DNA from: Bdellovibrionales bacterium
Lineage (GTDB): Bacteria > Bdellovibrionota > Bdellovibrionia > Bdellovibrionales > UBA1609
Assembly (NCBI GenBank): GCA_963692945.1
Contig: OY843585.1
Location: forward strand, 120,001-152,000
Direction of reading: 5' to 3'
Length of the DNA: 32,000 nucleotides
This document shows positions 24,970 through 32,000 of this stretch, in pieces. Every line of letters starts with the position of its first letter. Position 1 is the first letter of the stretch. The position numbers were made by a program, and so were the translations under genes. Below the pieces are notes generated by a model, which was not told the origin of the DNA, made no database searches, and worked only from the letters and a program-made list of their open reading frames with translations.

Positions 24970-25836
24970 CTAATATCCCCACTTCACAGCAGATGTTAAT
25001 AAGGCTGGAGTCTTCAGTTCAACAATCAATTCACCTCCTGGCATATTAACAAAAACTTTATCAAAACGATTATCAGGAAACTTATGAGCAAAAGCATAAG
25101 CTATAGATAAAGCTCCTGTCCCACAAGCCAGAGTAAAATCTTCAACTCCCCTTTCAAAAGTTATAGCTTTTAAATGATTTTCTTTTTCTACCTGATAAAA
25201 AGAGACATTCATACCATCTTCACTGAAAGGATTTTTAAACCTTAGCTCTTTAGCTAAAGGTTTTAATTTTTCTTTTTGAAAAAAAGATTTCCATTCTAAA
25301 ACAGCATGAGGAACTCCCGATTCAAGAAACAAATACGAGTGATTTTTTCCTTCAAAGAAAAAAGAAAGATTTTCTTTTAAAATAGGTTTATTTTTTAAAG
25401 AGACAGCCCAATCCCCTCTGAAATTTTTAAATGTTTCCACTATCTCTTCTCCAAGTTGAAAAGATTGAAACGACAAGTTTGTTTTTTGACTGTAATTCAC
25501 TACACAACAAGCTGCATTTCCACACATTTCAGGTATAGAACCATCTTTATTATAAAAATCATAATGAGGAACTAAACTGGTAGAATCTTTTAGAATGATA
25601 AAACCATCCGTGTTAAAATCCGATTCCAAAGACATAATCTCTTGAAAAAACAACTGCCTTTCTTTAAAAGATTTTTTAGACAATTGGGAAAAATCTTTAA
25701 AAGATTTTTCTATAGAAAGACAATAAGGAGATAGAAAATCTATGACTTTCTTTTCAAACCATCTAGGGTCTGCAATAAGAAATGTGTTTCCTGCTGCTGA
25801 TATCTTTATTAGAAATTGATTTTTTTGTTTATCCAT
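24970..25836 (-). CDS. dapF: Diaminopimelate epimerase
   Basis: SAAGNTFLI, catalytic MCGNAACC and ACGTGALS motifs. 288 aa. Confidence 0.85.
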   Translation of the reverse strand: MDKQKNQFLIKISAAGNTFLIADPRWFEKKVIDFLSPYCLSIEKSFKDFSQLSKKSFKERQLFFQEIMSLESDFNTDGFIILKDSTSLVPHYDFYNKDGSIPEMCGNAACCVVNYSQKTNLSFQSFQLGEEIVETFKNFRGDWAVSLKNKPILKENLSFFFEGKNHSYLFLESGVPHAVLEWKSFFQKEKLKPLAKELRFKNPFSEDGMNVSFYQVEKENHLKAITFERGVEDFTLACGTGALSIAYAFAHKFPDNRFDKVFVNMPGGELIVELKTPALLTSAVKWGY

Positions 25837-25871
25837 TTTGAATGACCTTTTTAAATGACTCCCACTCTAAA

Positions 25872-26762
25872 TCAAGAATCTATAAGGAGTTTTGGATCAA
25901 AAACATCTCTTAATCTTTCCCCCAACACATTCACACACAAAATTAAAGTTAAAATACAAATACCAGGAAATGTAACTAACCACCAAGAGCTTTCTATATA
26001 AGACCTTCCATCAGCAATCATCACTCCCCATTCTGAAAGAGGAGCTTGAGCTCCTAAACCTAAAAAACTCAAAGCCGCCACACTTAATATCCCTTCACTA
26101 AAAGTTAAGATAGTTTGAACAGATATTTCTCCAAAACTATTAGGTAAAATATGAAAAAAAATTAAACGGAAAGGATTGGCTCCAAAACTTTTACTAGATT
26201 CTACATAGCTTTGATTTTTTTCTCTCAACACAAGACTTCTAACAAGACGTATCATAGCAGGAATAGACATCACACTAACTGCCAGACAAGCATTAAAAAG
26301 TCCAGGACCTAAAATAGCAACCACAACAATAGCAATAAGTATTCCTGGAAATGACATTAAAATATCAACTACACCCATAATCCAAGAATCCATTTTTTTA
26401 AAATATCCAGAAATCACTCCAAAAAAAACTCCAAATAAAAAAGCAATCATCATAACTATAAAACCGACCAGTAAAGAAATTTTCCCACCATAAAAAATCC
26501 TTGCCATAAAATCACGACCAAGATCATCTGTGCCTAATATAAAAGAGGCTTGACCACCTTCCATCCACATAGGAGGAGTATTCAAAAAATTTTCATTAAT
26601 CTCGTTAGGTGAATGAGTTAAAAACAAAGAAGAAGTCAAAGACAAAAAACAAATAGTAAAAAAACCGAACAAACAAATCATAGAAACTTTGTCGTTTATT
26701 ATATGTTTAATCATCCTAAAAAAAATCATTCCAATAAGAGGTTCAACTTTAGTAGGACTCAT
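25872..26762 (-). CDS. Peptide ABC transporter permease (DppC/OppC type)
   Basis: Six predicted transmembrane segments, N-terminal OppC-type segment, EAA-like loop SKSFGANPFRLIFFHILPN. ATGA overlap with the upstream permease gene. Confidence 0.88.
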   Translation of the reverse strand: MSPTKVEPLIGMIFFRMIKHIINDKVSMICLFGFFTICFLSLTSSLFLTHSPNEINENFLNTPPMWMEGGQASFILGTDDLGRDFMARIFYGGKISLLVGFIVMMIAFLFGVFFGVISGYFKKMDSWIMGVVDILMSFPGILIAIVVVAILGPGLFNACLAVSVMSIPAMIRLVRSLVLREKNQSYVESSKSFGANPFRLIFFHILPNSFGEISVQTILTFSEGILSVAALSFLGLGAQAPLSEWGVMIADGRSYIESSWWLVTFPGICILTLILCVNVLGERLRDVFDPKLLIDS

Positions 26763-27790
26763 ACTCTTTCACTTTTAAAAATAGCATTTTTCATTCTAGG
26801 ATCTGCTTTAATATAAATAACATCAACAGCTATATTAATTCCTATAATAATAAAAGATATAAGTAACACTCCACCTTTAATTACAGGATAATCTCTAGAT
26901 AAAACAGCTTGAACTAACCATTGACCCACTCCTGGCCAAGAGAAAACAGTTTCTGTTAAAATAGCTCCTGTTAATAAAGTCCCCATTAAAAATCCAACAA
27001 CTGTTATAATAGGAATCAAAGCATTCACAAGAGCATGATGAAAAAACACTTTATAAAAACTCAATCCCTTCCCTTTTGCTGTTCTTATGAAATCTTTAGA
27101 CACAGTTTCTAATACACTAGAACGAGTCATACGAACAATGAAAGCAAGTGGTATGGTTCCCAAAGTTAAACTAGGAAGAAGAAGATGGTGTAAAACATTT
27201 AAAAAAGCTTGAATTTTTTCTTCGGCAAACCAAACATCTACTAAATACAATCCAGTGACAAAAGGAATTTCATATAAGACATCTATCCTTCCAGATACAG
27301 GTGTAACACCTAAAGTGACAGAAAATATTAATATGAGCATAATACCCCACCAAAAAATAGACATGGAAAAACCAAAAAGAGATAAACTGATGACCGTATG
27401 ATCTACAAAAGTATCTTTTTTTAAAGCTGCAAAAACACCTAAAGGTATTCCTAGAAAAAAAGCCCACAACAAGGCAAAAAAAGAAAGTTCAACAGTTGCT
27501 GGAAAATAAGAAAAAAATTCTTTAACAACAGATTCTCCTGTAATTATAGAAAAACCAAAATCTCCTTGAAATAAAGCAGCTAAAAACAATCCATATTGTT
27601 GCCATAAAGGTTTGTCTAAGCCTAAATGGGAACGCATTTCTTGAACAGCTTCAGGGGAAGCACCTCTTTCCCCTAGAAGCTGCTGAACAGGATCTCCTGG
27701 TATAAGGTAGAGTATGCTGAAAGCAACTATTGTTACTCCAAAAAAAGTTGGTAAAACATATAAAAATTTACGAAATAAAAAAAAAGCCAT
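26759..27790 (-). CDS. Peptide ABC transporter permease (DppB/OppB type)
   Basis: I place the start at the ATG at 27790 (MAFFLFRKFLYVLPT), 4 nt after the binding-protein stop. EAA loop RTAKGKGLSFYKVFFHHALVNALIP. Confidence 0.88.
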   Translation of the reverse strand: MAFFLFRKFLYVLPTFFGVTIVAFSILYLIPGDPVQQLLGERGASPEAVQEMRSHLGLDKPLWQQYGLFLAALFQGDFGFSIITGESVVKEFFSYFPATVELSFFALLWAFFLGIPLGVFAALKKDTFVDHTVISLSLFGFSMSIFWWGIMLILIFSVTLGVTPVSGRIDVLYEIPFVTGLYLVDVWFAEEKIQAFLNVLHHLLLPSLTLGTIPLAFIVRMTRSSVLETVSKDFIRTAKGKGLSFYKVFFHHALVNALIPIITVVGFLMGTLLTGAILTETVFSWPGVGQWLVQAVLSRDYPVIKGGVLLISFIIIGINIAVDVIYIKADPRMKNAIFKSERV

Positions 27791-27794
27791 TACC

Positions 27795-29375
27795 TTAATT
27801 AGAAGATAAAGAAAGATGATAAAATTTTTCAGAACCAAAAAGTGGTAAAACATAACCTTTCACCTTAGGTGATAAAGCCGTAAAATTATAAGCATGAACA
27901 AGTGGTAAAAATGGCAGTTCTTTATTAAAAAGAACTTGAGCTTTTTGATAAAGCCGTTTCGCATTATTTCTATTGTAGGACTTCATAGCTTGATTTATCA
28001 ATTTGTCATAATTTTTGTTACACCATCTTGCTAAATTAGAACCTGCTGATACAGATTGACAAGAAAGTAATATTTGTAAAAAATTACTTGGATCTCCCAT
28101 ATCTGCTGTCCAACCGGATTGAATCAAAGCATGCTCTCCCCTAGAACTTTTAGCAATATAAGTTGGCCAATCATAAGTGAGCAATTTGGCATGAACACCT
28201 ATCTTTTTTAAATCGGCTTGCATCAACTCTCCCATCTTTTTTCCATTAGGATTGTAGGGACGAGAAATAGGCAATGTCCAAAGTTCAATGTGAAATCCTT
28301 TTTCATAACCAGAGTCTTTTAAAAGTTTTTTTGCTTTTTGAATGTTATACTCAGGACTTTTTATATTTTTATTATAACCCCACAAATTAGGAGGCAAGGG
28401 TGTATGAGCCAACTCAGCCATCCCCTTATAAATAGCTTCTATGTAAAGTCGGCGATTTAAAGCATGAGCAATGGCTTTTCTAACTTTAGTTTTTTTCAAA
28501 ATAGGATGATTCGTATTCATAGCTAAGTAAGCAACATTATAAGTCACAGATTGAATGACTTTTATATTTTTATATTTTTTCATTAAAGGAATATCTATGG
28601 GCTGTGGTTTAGCTATTAAATGACATTCTTTCCTTTTTATTTTTTGAAAACGAACGGAAGGATCAGGAGTGATAGAAAAAACAATTTTTTCTAAAGAGGG
28701 TTGTCCTAAAAAATATTTATTATTTCTTTCATATCTTATAAGACTTCCTTTAACATATTTCTTAAAAACAAACGGTCCCGTTCCTACAGGTTTAAAATCT
28801 ATTTTTTTCATTTGCTTTCTCTTTAGTAACCAATCTCCATACTCTTTAGAAAGAACACTAGCAAATTCCATTGTTAGGTATTGTATAAAAAGAGGAGTTT
28901 CTTCTTTTAAAACAAATTGAACTGTGTGCTGATTTATTTTTTTAATATCTACTATGAGATTTTGTAAATTAAGAGATTTAAAAAATTTGTAACCACCTCC
29001 GTTAATTTGATAATAAGGATGTGAAGAGTCTCTTTGACGATTAAAAGTAAATAAAACATCATCAGCAGAAAAAAACCGACTGGGTTTAAATTTTCCTTGA
29101 GGAGAAAAGGAAACACCTTTTCTTAAATAAAAAGTATAAGTTTTTTTATCTTTAGAAAGAGTCCAACGCTTAGCTAATTTAGGTTTGATATTCTCCTTTT
29201 TTAAATCAAAATCTATAAGACGATCATAAAGAAGAACACTTGCATCAAAAGCAGCACCACTAATAGATAGTTGTGGATTAAAATAATCAGGACTGGCTTC
29301 AGAACAATAAATCAAAACAGAAGAGGAGGCATAACTTCCAAAGAAAAAAAGCATAAAAGAAAAAATGTATTTCAT
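27795..29375 (-). CDS. Peptide ABC transporter substrate-binding protein (family 5)
   Basis: Signal peptide, 526 aa, family-5 SBP layout (PFVFKKY, YERNNKYF, GWTADMGDPSNF). Confidence 0.88.
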   Translation of the reverse strand: MKYIFSFMLFFFGSYASSSVLIYCSEASPDYFNPQLSISGAAFDASVLLYDRLIDFDLKKENIKPKLAKRWTLSKDKKTYTFYLRKGVSFSPQGKFKPSRFFSADDVLFTFNRQRDSSHPYYQINGGGYKFFKSLNLQNLIVDIKKINQHTVQFVLKEETPLFIQYLTMEFASVLSKEYGDWLLKRKQMKKIDFKPVGTGPFVFKKYVKGSLIRYERNNKYFLGQPSLEKIVFSITPDPSVRFQKIKRKECHLIAKPQPIDIPLMKKYKNIKVIQSVTYNVAYLAMNTNHPILKKTKVRKAIAHALNRRLYIEAIYKGMAELAHTPLPPNLWGYNKNIKSPEYNIQKAKKLLKDSGYEKGFHIELWTLPISRPYNPNGKKMGELMQADLKKIGVHAKLLTYDWPTYIAKSSRGEHALIQSGWTADMGDPSNFLQILLSCQSVSAGSNLARWCNKNYDKLINQAMKSYNRNNAKRLYQKAQVLFNKELPFLPLVHAYNFTALSPKVKGYVLPLFGSEKFYHLSLSSN

Positions 29376-30079
29376 TGCAAATCCTCTTTCTTAATGGTTA
29401 CATGAGCAGACCAATCTATAGGCCTTACACCTTGTGATTTCAAATAAGTATTAGCTTTGGAAAAATGACAACAACCAAAAAAACCTCTATCCGCAGAAAA
29501 GGGTGAGGGATGAGGAGATTCTAAAACACAATGTTTAGACCTATTTATAATACTTCCTTTTTCCTGAGCCGCTTTGCCCCAAAGAAAAAAAACTAATTTT
29601 TCTTTTTCCGCATTAAGCAAAGAAATGATTTTATCCGTAAATTGCTCCCAACCTTTACCTCTATGAGACCCTGCTTTCCCTGCCTCTACTGTTAAGGTGT
29701 TATTTAAAAGAAGGACTCCCTGGTTTGTCCATTCTTCTAAACATCCACTATTTGAAATAGGAACACCTACATCTTTTTTCATTTCTTTATAAATATTATA
29801 GAGAGATGGAGGAACAGAGACTCCTAAAGGAACAGAGAAACTTAAACCATGAGCTTGACGAGGGCCATGATAAGGGTCTTGACCTATAATCACAAGTTTT
29901 ACATTTTCAAAATCAGTCCTATTTAAAGCTTGGAAATATTCACTGGGTTTAGGATAAATAACCTTCTTTTTTTTTAGTTCTTGAGAAAGAAAAGATTTTA
30001 ATTCTTTCATATAAGGCTGATTAAATTCAGAATCCAATCGCTTTTTCCAAGAAGATTCTAGTAAAATTTGACTCGACAT
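29372..30079 (-). CDS. ung: Uracil-DNA glycosylase (family 1)
   Basis: Catalytic GQDPYHGPRQAHGLSFSV and HPSPFSA motifs. ATGA overlap with the downstream SBP gene. Confidence 0.95.
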   Translation of the reverse strand: MSSQILLESSWKKRLDSEFNQPYMKELKSFLSQELKKKKVIYPKPSEYFQALNRTDFENVKLVIIGQDPYHGPRQAHGLSFSVPLGVSVPPSLYNIYKEMKKDVGVPISNSGCLEEWTNQGVLLLNNTLTVEAGKAGSHRGKGWEQFTDKIISLLNAEKEKLVFFLWGKAAQEKGSIINRSKHCVLESPHPSPFSADRGFFGCCHFSKANTYLKSQGVRPIDWSAHVTIKKEDLQ

Positions 30080-30118
30080 TAAGGAAAACTCCTTTTTTAA
30101 TATAAACCTATATAAACC

Positions 30119-30727
30119 ATGAGCCTATTAAAAAAAAGTTTTTTTACAAAAAAGACCACAGAAGTCGCTGAAAACCTCCTAGGTTGCTATTTAGTAAGGA
30201 AAACAAGAGATGGGTCACTCCTCAAAGGAAAAATTGTAGAAACAGAAGCCTATCTTGGAATAGAAGATTCTTGTTGCCATAGTTATAAAGGCCTTTATAC
30301 AAATCGCACAAAAACCATGTATCTTGAAGGAGGACATGCTTATATCTACTTCACTTATGGAATGCATCACTGCTTTAATGTTGTAACAGCCAAAAAAAAT
30401 CAACCCGAAGCGGTTTTAATAAGAGCTCTAGAACCCATTGAAGGGTTAGAAAAAATGAAAAAATATAGAAAAAAAGCAGACTTGAAAAACCTTACAACAG
30501 GACCTGGAAAATTGTGTCAAGCCTTGGATATCACAAAAGACCTAAATGGAATAAACCTTGTAGATTCAGATAAACTCTATATAGAAAAAGGAAAAAAACG
30601 ACAAGAAAAATCTTGTGTTGATACTCGTGTTGGTCTATCTCCATATAAAGAGGCTTGTTATTGGCCTTTAAGATTTTTCCTAAAAGACAATGACTATGTA
30701 TCTCTAAAGAAAAATTTGATAAAATGA
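30119..30727 (+). CDS. mpg: DNA-3-methyladenine glycosylase (AAG/Mpg family)
   Basis: IVETEAYLG, DSCCHSYKG, AYIYFTYGMHHCFNVV and GPGKLCQALDI motifs. 202 aa. Confidence 0.9.
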   Translation: MSLLKKSFFTKKTTEVAENLLGCYLVRKTRDGSLLKGKIVETEAYLGIEDSCCHSYKGLYTNRTKTMYLEGGHAYIYFTYGMHHCFNVVTAKKNQPEAVLIRALEPIEGLEKMKKYRKKADLKNLTTGPGKLCQALDITKDLNGINLVDSDKLYIEKGKKRQEKSCVDTRVGLSPYKEACYWPLRFFLKDNDYVSLKKNLIK

Positions 30728-30755
30728 TATTCTTCTATAAAATGGAGTTACTGGC

Positions 30756-32000
30756 ATGCTTTCTTTAATAAAACATATTTTTATCTTTCTTACTCTGTCT
30801 TCTTCCCTTTGCTTTGGAAAAATCTATGTCAACATAGGTTCTCCTAAAATTAAAAAAAGCGTTATTGCTCTTTCTCCTTTTATTCTAAGAGATGTTCAGC
30901 CTAATAGAATGAAATTAAATTTGGGAAAAAATATAAATAGACATTTAAATAAAAATCTAAATTTTTCTAGTTACTTTAAACTTTTATCTCCAAAAGCTTT
31001 TATTGAACACCCATCTGAAGTCTCTTCTATCCCTTATCCTAAAGACCCTAATGGTTTTCGTTGGAAAAATTGGAAGCTCAATGGGACTGATTTTCTTTTT
31101 TTTGGATATTACTCTATTGTAAAATCACAATTGATCCTAAATGTTTCTCTTTATAATATAAATTTACAAAATCTTGTTTTCCGAAAGAAATACTCAGCGG
31201 AAATCTCTAATGCCAAATCAGTTATAAATACACTCTCAAATGATATTGTTAAAAGTTTAAGTGGCACACAAGGAATCTTTAATACAAAAATTGTCAGTAC
31301 TAGAAGCACCTCTGGATCAAAAAAAGAGCTTTTTGTTATGAATTGGGATGGCAGTCAGCAAAAAAGACTAAGCTATCATCGCTCTATTGTGCTTTCACCC
31401 TCTTGGTCTCCTAATGGAAACCAAATTGCCTATACTGCTTTTGTCTATAACACAAAATTAAAAAAGAGAATGACAGCTCTTTTTCTTTTAGACTTAACTA
31501 CAAATAAGATTAAACTCCTGTCTAATAGAAATGGAGCCAATTTAGGAGCTGACTTTTTTCCTAATGGAAGAGAGTTATTAATCACTTTAGGATTGGGTTC
31601 AGGTTCTATGGATATTTTTAAAATGAACATCTCCTCTGCTTCTATCAAAGCTCTTACAAGAGGCCCCAGAGGTGCCATCAATGTAGAACCATCTATACAT
31701 CCTAAAAGTAAGCTCATTGCTTTCTCCTCAGACAAAAGCGGGAAAACAATGATTTACACTATGACTAGATATGGAACCCAGATCAAAAGAATCACTTTTG
31801 CTGGACACTATAACTCCACACCAGATTGGGACCCTAAGGGTCGTAGAGTTGTTTTCTCTGGTCAAGATAAAGGGAGGTTTGATCTTTTTATAGTTAACTC
31901 TAATGGAACGGGATTAAAAAGATTAACAAGTTTAAAAAAGTTTAATGGAAAGTGGGCAAATTGTGAATCTCCAAGTTTCTCACCCGATGGAAGATTTATA
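30756..32000 (+). CDS. tolB: Tol-Pal system beta-propeller protein TolB (3' end outside window)
   Basis: Absent from the ORF track because it has no stop in the window. Frame 3 is open from the ATG at 30756 (GGAG 9 nt upstream) to nt 32000. Signal peptide. Repeated propeller motifs PSWSPNGNQIAY, PDWDPKGRRVVFS and PSFSPDGRFI. Confidence 0.88.
   Translation, partial: MLSLIKHIFIFLTLSSSLCFGKIYVNIGSPKIKKSVIALSPFILRDVQPNRMKLNLGKNINRHLNKNLNFSSYFKLLSPKAFIEHPSEVSSIPYPKDPNGFRWKNWKLNGTDFLFFGYYSIVKSQLILNVSLYNINLQNLVFRKKYSAEISNAKSVINTLSNDIVKSLSGTQGIFNTKIVSTRSTSGSKKELFVMNWDGSQQKRLSYHRSIVLSPSWSPNGNQIAYTAFVYNTKLKKRMTALFLLDLTTNKIKLLSNRNGANLGADFFPNGRELLITLGLGSGSMDIFKMNISSASIKALTRGPRGAINVEPSIHPKSKLIAFSSDKSGKTMIYTMTRYGTQIKRITFAGHYNSTPDWDPKGRRVVFSGQDKGRFDLFIVNSNGTGLKRLTSLKKFNGKWANCESPSFSPDGRFI

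Overview
AT-rich chromosomal segment from a diderm (Gram-negative-type) bacterium; I cannot place the genus from sequence alone. Diderm markers are Tol-Pal components, LspA and lipoproteins. About 85% of the window is tightly packed housekeeping genes: ileS-lspA-rluB, smpB, rsmA, tsaD, a pal-ybgF-like cluster, rplM-rpsI-truA, asd, a dsbA-like gene, lipA-E2, sua5, an epimerase, icd, an FNR-like reductase, dapF, dppABC-like genes, ung, mpg and tolB. The exception is a roughly 4.8 kb accessory island (about 3112-7889) between smpB and rsmA. It is punctuated by three copies of a ~125-bp nested-inverted-repeat element I could not match to any named family. Each copy has 20-bp terminal inverted repeats (TIRs), an inner stem that differs between copies but stays complementary within each copy, and a conserved ~29-nt core hairpin. 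The island carries three kinds of cargo. (i) A coiled-coil plus PD-(D/E)XK nuclease-fold ORF of the DUF3782 type, itself bracketed by a 24-nt imperfect inverted repeat. (ii) A signal-anchored protein of unknown family. (iii) A ~720-aa Cys-rich secreted protein split by a one-base frameshift at a poly-A tract. The repeat elements supply the stop codons of three flanking genes. The nuclease cassette together with the structured repeat family is my best candidate for an undescribed system, but every functional interpretation is inference and needs genome-wide and experimental checks. No tRNA, rRNA, tmRNA or CRISPR array was found.
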